Origin: a virus
Reading direction: 5' to 3' (one strand)
DNA: 64,000 bases
IMG/VR virus record: IMGVR_UViG_3300025645_000055
Coordinates: 1 to 64,000 of that record
The position numbers and the translations under genes were made by a program. Of this stretch, positions 7,636 through 16,892 are shown one piece after another (the stretch's first letter is position 1; every line of letters begins with the position of its first letter). The notes beneath the pieces are model-generated. The model made no database searches, was not told the origin of the DNA, and was given only the letters and a program-made list of their open reading frames with translations.

Positions 7636-8520
7636 ATGAAAACAACTGAATTTACTTAGGGCTACGTAGAGAGTCAAATGAAAGAAACCCTTCAAATGGA
7701 AGGTCTAACTGTGTACGAACATGGTGAGAGTGTGTGGGAATACACTAAAAAAATAATCTCTGGTGATTTTGACAAGATGAAATTACCCCTATGGTTCACT
7801 GAAAACCATAGATTTATCGTGAATAACTTACACGATATAAAAGATATCAAACAATACAATATATTTCACGATTGTGGGAAGCCGTTTTGTCTAGAAATAG
7901 ATGAAGATGGTAGACGACACTTTAAAGACCATGCAAAGGTATCCAAAGAAACCTGGATGAAGATTTCGGATAACCAAGTGGTTGGTGATTTAATAGGTTA
8001 TGATATGGCATTACATTCTGATACTGCCGATACCATTAAATCATATGATTGGGATATTAAGACTGCTTTTACCTTAATGGTAACTGCATTCGCAGAAATC
8101 CATTCAAACGCAGAGATGTTTGGTGGTATTGAATCTACATCATTTAAGATGAAGTGGAAGAAATTAGATAGGAGAGGTAAGATGCTCTTAAAGATGTTTG
8201 AGGAAGAAGATATTCATCCTTATTCTTATGTGATTGTAAGGAATGATATTCCAGAGAGTCATAAGACCGTTCAAGGCACACATGCTGCAATCGAACAGTT
8301 TAGAAAAAGTGATATCAATTTTCACCCATCAATTATTTATGTGGTGGTGAAGAACGAGTATAAACTCAAACAAGTTATTAAAAAATTAATTGAATCTGGT
8401 ATTAACGTTTCTATTTTTAGAGAACCGATGGAGCCTTATGATAATAGCATTACTGCTGTTTGTACTGAACCCATTACTGGTGACAAGAGGGAATACCTCA
8501 AAAACTTTATGTTATTATGA
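7636..8520 (+). CDS. HD-domain plus peptidyl-tRNA hydrolase 2 (PTH2)-like fusion; in-frame TAG at 7657-7659 (stop-free ORF 7678-8520)
   Basis: EH...FHDCGKP...HF.DHA (HD); YVIVRNDI...VQGTHAA...IFREP...ITAVCTEP (PTH2-like); ATG 7636 is in frame and follows an AT-rich leader. Confidence 0.7.
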
Positions 8521-9002
8521 AATACAATGAGATATATGGTGATATAGTCACCCTAGGAAAAGAAGGTAAATTTGATGTAATTGCACATGGGTGTAATTGC
8601 TTCTGTAGAATGGGGTCTGGCCTTGCCCCACAAATGGCAGATGCGTTTAAATGTAACGTTTTCCCATTAGAGCGACTAATATATAAAGGAGACATCAATA
8701 AGTTAGGTCAGATTGATTACCAAGAAGTGAAAGTTAATGATGGTAAATCTCTTATTGTTGTTAACGCATACTCACAATACGGATATGGTAACTACCATGG
8801 AAACGTAAACACACACCCAATAGACTATGAGGCTTTAACACTTTGTTTTAGAAAAATGAATCATAGGTTCGAAGGAAAACATATCGGATTACCAATGATA
8901 GGGGCTGGTCTAGCTGGTGGAGATTGGGATAGAATCAAGAATAGTATTCATAATGAGTTCACAAAATGTGACGTTACCGTAGTTATTTACAAGAAAATGT
9001 AA
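8517..9002 (+). CDS. macrodomain (ADP-ribose/Appr-1-p processing) protein
   Basis: GDI...IAHGCNC...MGSGLA...NAYSQ...LPMIGAGLAGGDW. Confidence 0.9.
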   Translation: MKYNEIYGDIVTLGKEGKFDVIAHGCNCFCRMGSGLAPQMADAFKCNVFPLERLIYKGDINKLGQIDYQEVKVNDGKSLIVVNAYSQYGYGNYHGNVNTHPIDYEALTLCFRKMNHRFEGKHIGLPMIGAGLAGGDWDRIKNSIHNEFTKCDVTVVIYKKM

Positions 9003-9054
9003 AAAACATTTGGTAGATTCAAAAATTAATATTATCTTTGTAAAAGAATAACAA

Positions 9055-9260
9055 CGACCCGTAACAGATATAGTTTCATAGACGGTTATAAGATTTCTTA
9101 TCTTATCTGAGTAAACTGTCGTAGTAATACTAAGTATGGAATGGTTATTAGGATGTTAGGTTTGATTTTCGTATTCGCAACAATAGGCTATTTCTACTCA
9201 GATTAGTTGAAGATAGTGATGTGAAAAGAATAATTAGAGGTTCGAATCCTTTAGGGTTGA
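9055..9260 (+). ncRNA. 206-nt tRNA-like RNA with a probable pseudoknot
   Basis: Acceptor-like CGACCC/GGGTTG and T-arm AGAGG-TTCGAAT-CCTTT; promoter TATCTTTG at 9033-9040; inner pairings GACGGTT/AACTGTC and TCTGAGTA/TACTCAGA. Confidence 0.6.
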
Positions 9261-9341
9261 CAAAAAGGATAGATATATTTGTTTTATTCAAAAAAAAGAA
9301 CTATATTTGTCAAAGGTAATATTAATTTAAACATTTAAAAA

Positions 9342-10067
9342 ATGAGTTTTAAAGATTTATTTATCGTAAACGATAATAAACAAACAGAAAAGAAAAAAAC
9401 TTTTGATGGTGGTACTAAAAAGTTTAAAAACAGTTTCCCAACATCTGAAACTGAAAAGGTAGATACTTCTACCACACCAAAGGATTTCTTTAATAACCCT
9501 AAAGATGTTTTTAAACCCACAGAAACACTAACACCAAATAGTGATGTGTGTGAACCACATATGGATAAGATTATGTCTATGTATGAAGAAGGGTTCAATA
9601 AAATGAACCAAGATGGATATGATTTCTTTGAATTTTTCAAGGGTGTTGTTGAAGCCGATGGTGTTGATAACCCAACCGTATATAAAATGGCACTTAGCAT
9701 GGCTAAGAATATGGGTGGTTCGGTAACTAAAGAATCGTTACTTAATCAAGCCGACTACTACTTAAAAGAGATTAATACTGTATACGAACACTACGTAGCA
9801 CTTGGTAAAACCAAGAGAAGTAATACTCTTACCCAAAAAGAAAATGAAGAATCAACATTGAATTCAGATTTAATTAGAATCAATAATGAGATTGCAAGAC
9901 TTAATCTTGAAAAGGGAACTGTTCAAAGGTCTTTAGAAACAATAGATGGTAAGTATACACCACAAGTAACAGACATTGATTGTAAGCTTTTAGCTAACAA
10001 TCTTGCAAAAGAAACACTTGTAAATTCAATTACAAGCGTAGTAAATGGAATCAAAAATAACATTTAA
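9342..10067 (+). CDS. coiled-coil hypothetical protein (first gene of the ABC-transporter-associated operon)
   Basis: ORF with GYDFFEF motif and C-terminal coiled coil. Confidence 0.7.
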   Translation: MSFKDLFIVNDNKQTEKKKTFDGGTKKFKNSFPTSETEKVDTSTTPKDFFNNPKDVFKPTETLTPNSDVCEPHMDKIMSMYEEGFNKMNQDGYDFFEFFKGVVEADGVDNPTVYKMALSMAKNMGGSVTKESLLNQADYYLKEINTVYEHYVALGKTKRSNTLTQKENEESTLNSDLIRINNEIARLNLEKGTVQRSLETIDGKYTPQVTDIDCKLLANNLAKETLVNSITSVVNGIKNNI

Positions 10068-10092
10068 TAACAATCAATTTAAAACAAAAATT

Positions 10093-11202
10093 ATGAGCAA
10101 CGGTAACACGGGTAGTAGATATCCAATTTTAAATCACTTTAATGGTGAGCAAATTAAAGAGTCAGTAGATTCTTTTAGAAAAGGTGAAAAAGGATTATTC
10201 TTTTTCATGAAATTAGCAGCATTAATCTTAGTGGCTGCGGGTCTTTGGGTATATGTTTTACCACCATTATTTATTATGGCTGGTAAAGCCTTAGCAGTAA
10301 TTGGTACATTAGTATTAGTAGGTGCATTTATTATTGCATTACCAGTAATCGTTAAAGGATTACGTAGATTTACAAGGTTTATGCATAAGTCCCTTATCAA
10401 ACATGACCCATTCGGTGAATTGTACGAGCAAAAAGATAAGCTTAAAGCTAATAAGACTAATTTCAACCTATCTCAAGGTAAAATTAATAACCTTAGAGAA
10501 CAAATGGAAGTTAGTGCATCTAAATCTGAAAATGATGCAGCCGATTACCAAGAGAAAATACTTCAATATAATAAGAAAGCATCTAAGATTAAAGCACGTA
10601 TGAATGCTGCTATCGAAAAGTCTGGTGCTGCAGCTAAAGGTGAAGATGAATACATTAATGATAATGTAGAGTTAATGAAAGTAGTTTCACAAGCCAGTAG
10701 AATTGGTCATATGCTTGAACAAGCCAAAGACTTCGTTGTGAAGTATGGTCTTAGGGCAGCAACAATGAAAAGACTTGCACAAAAACTGATTATGGTTGGT
10801 GCAGCTTTAGATATTAAAATCCTTGATTTTGATGCAACAATTGAAATTCTTGAAAAAGATTTTGAATATGCAAGAGAAGCAAGAGAAGCGACTACAGTAG
10901 TTAAAAACTCATTAGAGTTTGAGGATGGATGGGAAGTTAAGTATGCATTAGGTGTAGTAACAACTACAATTGCACAAGATAACGCAATCACAAGTGCTAA
11001 TTTCACAGACATTAATGCATTAACTGCAAACTATGATATGGATTCTGATGTATTATATGACAAGTTAAACATTCTTGCCGATAATATTAACACTGGTAAT
11101 GATATCATACCATCTGCAAACAAATTTAATGCAGTTGATTACAAGCCAACACATGAAGAGAAGATGACTGCTGGTGGTGGGTTTGGAAGTGATATGTTTT
11201 AA
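10093..11202 (+). CDS. membrane-anchored coiled-coil protein (PspA/IM30-like, tentative)
   Basis: Two N-terminal TM helices, then DP motif and long coiled coil. Confidence 0.55.
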   Translation: MSNGNTGSRYPILNHFNGEQIKESVDSFRKGEKGLFFFMKLAALILVAAGLWVYVLPPLFIMAGKALAVIGTLVLVGAFIIALPVIVKGLRRFTRFMHKSLIKHDPFGELYEQKDKLKANKTNFNLSQGKINNLREQMEVSASKSENDAADYQEKILQYNKKASKIKARMNAAIEKSGAAAKGEDEYINDNVELMKVVSQASRIGHMLEQAKDFVVKYGLRAATMKRLAQKLIMVGAALDIKILDFDATIEILEKDFEYAREAREATTVVKNSLEFEDGWEVKYALGVVTTTIAQDNAITSANFTDINALTANYDMDSDVLYDKLNILADNINTGNDIIPSANKFNAVDYKPTHEEKMTAGGGFGSDMF

Positions 11203-11297
11203 AAAATAAAAAAAAAAGGGGTAAATATTTGATTTTTAAATATATTAATCTTATATTTGCCTCATATTAATAATTAAACAATTTAAATAAACGAATT

Positions 11298-13139
11298 ATG
11301 AGTACAGAAAACAATGGATTAATTTCAAGAGACAAAGGAATGTTCTCGAAAATGACACCCTTATTAAAAGTGATATTGGTGGTAGCAGTTTTAGCAATAG
11401 TAGGAGTGGCTGTTTGGTTTGCTGCACCTGGATTAAGGGTTTCGGCTTCTCAATCGTTAGATGAACTAACATTGGATGACACGAAATTAGACAATCAATC
11501 AGATTCAAACTTGATTGTATTACCAACAACAAGACCTTCTAATAAGGTTCAAAGTACACCTCAAGTGACTATTGGAACTTATGCTTGGAATGGTTTAACA
11601 CCTCTTGCGGCTGCAACTGGTGGTCCTTTTACAACAAAAGGTTCTTTAATGGAAACTAATGGTGTAAACTTAAGAATTGTACGTCAAGACTGGTTATCTG
11701 GTTTACGTGAAATGCAAATGAAGTTCATCGAACAATTTGATGCTGGACAAGAATTCCCAGACTCTGATAGAGCTGCAATGGGAATTACAATAATGGGTGA
11801 TGGAGCACCTTTCTATATCTCCACAATGCAAGGAGCATTAGATGCTAAGTTTGGTAAGGGTAAATATCATGTTGAAGTGGTAGGTGCATTTGGAATGTCA
11901 GATGGTGAAGATAAGGTGATTGGTCCACAAGAGTGGAAAACTAATCCTAAATCAATGATTGGGGCATTAATCTCAACAGTACCAGGTGATGGTGACTGGG
12001 TTACATTGTTAAACTATTGTTTTGCAAATGGACTTAAGGTTAATCCAGACTTTAATACTTATGATGCAGATGCAGTAAATATTTTTCCATCTAAGGATGA
12101 TGATTACATCAACTCTGCGAAAGAGTTAATCGCTTCTCAAACAGAAGGATTTACAGTATCACTTAAAGTGGTTAAAGATGGTCAACTTACTGGTGAAACA
12201 ATTCAAAAAGAAATTGATGGTTGTGCAACTTGGACACCTGGAGATAAAATGGTGTTTGATGCATTGGTTGGATATACTGATATTGCATCAACAAGAGACT
12301 TCCCAAATCAAATGGCAACAACACTTATAGTTGTTAAAGAATGGGCATCTACACATCCAGAGATTGTTTCAAATATTCTTAAGTCGGCATTAACGGCTGC
12401 TAATCAAATCAAACAATATGATGAATGGGCAGTTAGAGGTTCAGAAGCTATTGAAGCAACTTTTAAAGTAGAAACACCACAATACTGGTATGATATGTTT
12501 AAAGGTCAAACTGGAACTAAGAATGGTATTACATACAATATGGGTGGTACGAGAGTACTTAACTATGCAGATGTAATGCAATACTACGGTATCACAGATG
12601 GTACTAATAGATATAAAGCAGTTTATAATCAAGTATCGGGTTACTTAGTAAACCTTAATCCTTTTGGATTTAACGAATCGGTTGATGGTATTGTACCTTA
12701 CGCAGATGCAGTTAACTTGTTCTACCTTAAGAACATCAATGATATTGATGCTGGTACAACAGTAGAGGTTGATTATACAACAACAAAAACAGAAGTATTA
12801 GCAGATGGAGATTGGTATATCAACTTCAACACTGGTAGTGCAGAGATATTAGGTTCATCTAATACAGACTTAGCTTCGATATATAATTTGTTAGTTCAAG
12901 CAGAACAAACAAAGATATTAGTTAGTGGTCATACAGATAGTACTGGTAGTGCTAGTGTTAACTTCCCTCTTTCAGAGAGCAGAGCAAACTCTGTTGTTAA
13001 CTACTTAGTTAAACGAGGTATCTCAAGAGATAGAATACAAGAAGTAAGTGGTAAAGGAGATTCTGAACCAATTGCATCTAATGGTACGAATAGTGGTAGA
13101 GCGACTAATCGTAGAGTACAAGTAACATTTGTTCAATAA
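11298..13139 (+). CDS. ABC substrate-binding protein (NMT1/SsuA-like) fused to an OmpA C-terminal peptidoglycan-binding domain
   Basis: N-terminal TM, S.GEDK...ATWTPGD binding-protein fold; C-terminal FNTGSA...GHTDSTG...NFPLSESRA...NRRV. Confidence 0.85.
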   Translation: MSTENNGLISRDKGMFSKMTPLLKVILVVAVLAIVGVAVWFAAPGLRVSASQSLDELTLDDTKLDNQSDSNLIVLPTTRPSNKVQSTPQVTIGTYAWNGLTPLAAATGGPFTTKGSLMETNGVNLRIVRQDWLSGLREMQMKFIEQFDAGQEFPDSDRAAMGITIMGDGAPFYISTMQGALDAKFGKGKYHVEVVGAFGMSDGEDKVIGPQEWKTNPKSMIGALISTVPGDGDWVTLLNYCFANGLKVNPDFNTYDADAVNIFPSKDDDYINSAKELIASQTEGFTVSLKVVKDGQLTGETIQKEIDGCATWTPGDKMVFDALVGYTDIASTRDFPNQMATTLIVVKEWASTHPEIVSNILKSALTAANQIKQYDEWAVRGSEAIEATFKVETPQYWYDMFKGQTGTKNGITYNMGGTRVLNYADVMQYYGITDGTNRYKAVYNQVSGYLVNLNPFGFNESVDGIVPYADAVNLFYLKNINDIDAGTTVEVDYTTTKTEVLADGDWYINFNTGSAEILGSSNTDLASIYNLLVQAEQTKILVSGHTDSTGSASVNFPLSESRANSVVNYLVKRGISRDRIQEVSGKGDSEPIASNGTNSGRATNRRVQVTFVQ

Positions 13140-13155
13140 GAACAAGTAACAAGTT

Positions 13156-13195
13156 AAAGGCAATCCCACTAAAAAACAAATCGGGGTTGCCTTTA
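13156..13195 (+). terminator. rho-independent terminator
   Basis: AAAGGCAATCCC...GGGGTTGCCTTT followed by a T-rich tract. Confidence 0.6.
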
Positions 13196-13233
13196 TTTAT
13201 TAAATAAATGAGTATAATTAATTAAAAACAATT

Positions 13234-13731
13234 ATGAGAAAAACAATTTTATTATTATTAGTGATGTTAATGTCCACAGTGGCATTCTCACAAACGGAAG
13301 TAGAAACTACAGAAGTAGAAACTACAAAAACTAGCTTATGGAATCCTTACATCGCAGTAGGGTTATCTGTAACAGATTCAAATGATTTTGATGCTACATC
13401 TTATGTATCGGCAGAGTTCGGTACTACTATGGATAACTTCTCAGTAGGGGTGGTATTTGGTCGTAATAACCTAGTAGACATTGGAAAAGATGAATCTTTT
13501 AAAGGTGAAAATGGTTATTGGACTGAACTTAAGATTGCAGCTTCAACCCCATTAGGGTTTGTTGATGGATATGCTTTAGTTGGTGTTGGAACATACTTTG
13601 ATGGTGGTGGAACATTCCTTGAATATGGGGCTGGACTATCTAAAAATCTAGGACCAATTGATGTTTTTGTACAAGTATCAAATTGGGATGGCACGACATA
13701 CGTGACACCTGGAATAAGTGTTTCATTATAA
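13234..13731 (+). CDS. secreted outer-membrane beta-barrel-like protein
   Basis: Signal peptide (MRKTILLLL...AFSQ); alternating aromatic/Gly beta strands. Confidence 0.6.
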   Translation: MRKTILLLLVMLMSTVAFSQTEVETTEVETTKTSLWNPYIAVGLSVTDSNDFDATSYVSAEFGTTMDNFSVGVVFGRNNLVDIGKDESFKGENGYWTELKIAASTPLGFVDGYALVGVGTYFDGGGTFLEYGAGLSKNLGPIDVFVQVSNWDGTTYVTPGISVSL

Positions 13732-13752
13732 TATAGTGAACAAATAGAGATT

Positions 13753-13787
13753 AAAAAAAGGGTTAACATATGTTAACCCTTTTTTTT
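13753..13787. terminator. bidirectional terminator (perfect palindrome)
   Basis: AAAAAAAGGGTTAACATATGTTAACCCTTTTTTT. Confidence 0.8.
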
Positions 13788-13855
13788 ATTTAAATTAATT
13801 TGGTAGTCTCATTTATTTAACTTATCTTTGTATTATATAAATAAACAAAAACAAA

Positions 13856-15616
13856 ATGAAATTAAAACAATTATTATTATTCGGAATTTTAACCTTAGTA
13901 ATGGGGTTAACAAATGTTAACGCACAAGACTTTTATCTAAACGCTAATGGTGTCACTTGTATGTGTCCAACGGCAAATATTGGTGATAGTGGTGTTGTTA
14001 ATGGTGTTACCTATACTAAAAGAATCGCAACCGAAATAACCGATGTGAACGCATCTACTACTTGTACGAGTGGTATAACAGATATGTCATATTTGTTTGA
14101 TTCTCATTTTTCTTTTAATGGTGACATTGGAAGTTGGGATGTGAGTGATGTTATAAATATGAGTGGGATGTTTTGGGTTGCAACTGATTTTAACCAAAAT
14201 ATAGGAAGTTGGGATGTAAGTAATGTTATTAATATGGACAATATGTTTCGAGAAACAACTTCATTCAATCAATATTTGGGGGATTGGGATGTAAGTAATG
14301 TGATTAATATGGAGGTTATATTTTATGAATCACAATCTATTAATCAAGATTTTAGTAATTGGCAATTTAATCCTAATGTTAATTTGAATTATTTATTCAG
14401 TAAATCTGGGTTGGATACTGATAATTATGATTCCTTATTACAATCCTTTGTGAATCAGAATCTTTTAAATAAAGAGATGGTTGCTGAAGATTTAACATAT
14501 TGTAATGAAACCCCCAGAAATGAATTACTCAATAATATGGGGTGGATAATTACTGAAGATTTATATCTTCAACCTAATTTAGTAGCACCAATTAATCTAA
14601 ATATTGAACCCAACCCAACGACTTGTGTTGCTACTGGTGTAGACCTTGGCACACCATCCACTACAAATGGGTGTGGTGTTGGTGTTGTGACTAATAACGC
14701 ACCTACTGAGTTCCCAATAGGTGAAACAATAGTTACTTGGACACTTACTGATGGAAATGGTATTACGGATACAGACACACAACTTGTTACAGTTACATTA
14801 TCTGTTGATGTTGCTGAGGTTTGTTATGTGACCAGTGATGATGTTGTGGTAACTAATAATAGAATCTTTCTTTTTAATATCGATGGTCAAAATGTTGACA
14901 ATTACGAAGTATTAAGAGAAACAACAACGGGTGGAGTTTATGAAACAATAGGTTTTATCATACCACCAGCAAATTCATTTTTAGACACTACTTCCAATAA
15001 TAACACTCAAGCATATCGTTACAAAGTTCAAACTTTAGATGTGTGTGGTGCAATGTCAATTGAATCACCTTATCATAAAACAATATTATTACAAAGTAGT
15101 ATTGCAGCAAATCAAACAATAAATCTTAGTTGGACACCATATGTTGGTACTGATTATACCACATATAATATTTTCAAACAGATTAATGGTGGAACGTTTG
15201 AATTATTCACTTCAATAGCTTCAACGAATTTAACATATAATGATATTGATGTGGACATAGCATTAAATGACTATGCATACTTTGTTTCAATTGATGTTGG
15301 TGGTTGTGTCGGAACACCATTTATGTCAGAGTCGATTAAATCAAATCAAGATGGTACATTAATACTTGGTATTAATGATAATGAACAATTGGAAAAATCA
15401 ATTATATTATTTCCAAATCCAACGAGTTCAATAGTTAATATTGAATTACCAGATGATTTAACATTAAATGAAGTTAATATAATAAACAATCTTGGTCAAA
15501 TAGTTGCCCAATATAATAGTAAGTCTTTTAATATCGAAGCATTATCAACTGGATTATATTTTTTAAATATCAATACCAGTAAAGGAAGTTTCGTTAAACG
15601 TTTAATTAAAAACTAA
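13856..15616 (+). CDS. BspA/DUF285 repeat surface protein with HYR-like domain and T9SS (Por) C-terminal sorting domain
   Basis: Signal peptide; FNQ.IGSWDVSNV.NM repeats; NNAP..FPIGET.VTWT.TD; LFPNPTSS...LSTGLYFL.I...KRLIK. Confidence 0.9.
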   Translation: MKLKQLLLFGILTLVMGLTNVNAQDFYLNANGVTCMCPTANIGDSGVVNGVTYTKRIATEITDVNASTTCTSGITDMSYLFDSHFSFNGDIGSWDVSDVINMSGMFWVATDFNQNIGSWDVSNVINMDNMFRETTSFNQYLGDWDVSNVINMEVIFYESQSINQDFSNWQFNPNVNLNYLFSKSGLDTDNYDSLLQSFVNQNLLNKEMVAEDLTYCNETPRNELLNNMGWIITEDLYLQPNLVAPINLNIEPNPTTCVATGVDLGTPSTTNGCGVGVVTNNAPTEFPIGETIVTWTLTDGNGITDTDTQLVTVTLSVDVAEVCYVTSDDVVVTNNRIFLFNIDGQNVDNYEVLRETTTGGVYETIGFIIPPANSFLDTTSNNNTQAYRYKVQTLDVCGAMSIESPYHKTILLQSSIAANQTINLSWTPYVGTDYTTYNIFKQINGGTFELFTSIASTNLTYNDIDVDIALNDYAYFVSIDVGGCVGTPFMSESIKSNQDGTLILGINDNEQLEKSIILFPNPTSSIVNIELPDDLTLNEVNIINNLGQIVAQYNSKSFNIEALSTGLYFLNINTSKGSFVKRLIKN

Positions 15617-15623
15617 AAACATT

Positions 15624-16391
15624 ATGAAAATATTAAAACCTTTTGAGGTTGTAGAAACAAAAACAAAATATGCTATCATATTTGGGTGGTTATTATTGTT
15701 ATTTGGAAGTTGGTTATGGTATGGTTTATCAGAAACCCATATGTTCCCAACACTTCCACAAGTTGGTGATGGATTTGTGGGTCTGTGGAATGAAGGGTTA
15801 GTAACCCACATATTTAGTTCACTAGCACTTTGTGGTAAAGCAGTGGTATTAGCAATCATAGTTGCATTATCATTTGTTTATTTATCACCATTACCATTAA
15901 TTCAACCAATAGCACATATGTTATCTAAATTTAGATATCTACCACTTACTGGTGTTGCTTTTTATATTACAATGGTTATTTCTGGTGGACGAAGTATTCA
16001 AGTATGGATACTTGTGGTATTTATGACAACATATTTAACCACCTCACTTTTATCGATGTTAAAAGACATTAAAGAAGAAGAATTTGACCACGCTAGAGCA
16101 CTTGGGTGTAACAGATGGGAAATACTTTGGGAAGTAGTTGTTAAAGGTAGATTAGATTATGTAATCGAAATGGTTAGACAAAACCTTGCTATCGTATGGA
16201 TGATGCTTGTTACAGTAGAAAGTATTATGGCATCGGCTGGTGGACTTGGATTTCTTATTAAGAATTCAGATAAGTTCATGAATCACGGTAGAATCATTGC
16301 ATTACAAATAGTAATATTAGGTGTAGGACTTAGTATGGATTATTTTCTTACAACAACAAGAAGATTATTATTTAGATATTCAAAAATATAA
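15624..16391 (+). CDS. ABC transporter permease (NitT/TauT type)
   Basis: Multiple TM helices; ARALG EAA-like loop; W..LV..E....GGLG. Confidence 0.88.
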   Translation: MKILKPFEVVETKTKYAIIFGWLLLLFGSWLWYGLSETHMFPTLPQVGDGFVGLWNEGLVTHIFSSLALCGKAVVLAIIVALSFVYLSPLPLIQPIAHMLSKFRYLPLTGVAFYITMVISGGRSIQVWILVVFMTTYLTTSLLSMLKDIKEEEFDHARALGCNRWEILWEVVVKGRLDYVIEMVRQNLAIVWMMLVTVESIMASAGGLGFLIKNSDKFMNHGRIIALQIVILGVGLSMDYFLTTTRRLLFRYSKI

Positions 16392-16394
16392 ATT

Positions 16395-16556
16395 ATGACT
16401 AAAAAAAACCATTTCGGGTTTTGGTTAATAATATTAGGTCTAATACATTTGATGTTAACATTAATATTTGAAGGACAATTTGGTATTGATATGGCGTGGT
16501 ATTGGTTTATCATTAGTTTAACAACGATATTCATTGGAATATATTTATACGAATAA
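16395..16556 (+). CDS. small membrane protein (53 aa)
   Basis: ORF read by eye: MTKKNHFGFWLIILG...; two hydrophobic segments. Confidence 0.55.
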   Translation: MTKKNHFGFWLIILGLIHLMLTLIFEGQFGIDMAWYWFIISLTTIFIGIYLYE

Positions 16557-16558
16557 TT

Positions 16559-16864
16559 ATGAAGTTTACAAGAGAACAATTTGACGAATTAGGACCCCTT
16601 CATGTAGATGATTTTCCTATTGATAGTTCCAACCAAGATATAATGTTTAATCTATTCAATAGTCTAGATGAATATCTTCAAGGAATGGCACTTCAACACG
16701 GTTTTAGTGATAGTGTTTTTAGAGACGATTTATTTGAGTGTTTATGTGATAAACTATTAGGTATGACTTGTGAAGAATACTATAAGAGTGATATTGGTAA
16801 GGATTATTTTGATAATGGTGAAACAATAGAACTTGATTTTACCATTATCAAGGGGTGGATATAA
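16559..16864 (+). CDS. hypothetical protein
   Basis: ORF track. Confidence 0.65.
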   Translation: MKFTREQFDELGPLHVDDFPIDSSNQDIMFNLFNSLDEYLQGMALQHGFSDSVFRDDLFECLCDKLLGMTCEEYYKSDIGKDYFDNGETIELDFTIIKGWI

Positions 16865-16892
16865 AATATTAATAATATAAATAATTAAAAAC

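Noticed and set aside
7542-7659. Genome-wide TAG recoding or a pyrrolysine system
   Set aside because: Many genes end at TAG with the next gene starting right after, ORFs are not fragmented under code 11, and no pylS/pylBCD is visible
9055-9260. Canonical tmRNA
   Set aside because: No G3:U70 pair, no GGGG 5-prime end, no clear tag reading frame; kept only as a tRNA-like RNA
13297-13326. 15-bp tandem duplication (EVETT EVETT); also a 14-bp repeat at about 40765-40792 and CAACACGCTAGGCTA twice near 22014-22052
   Set aside because: Two-copy local duplications consistent with slippage; no sign of function
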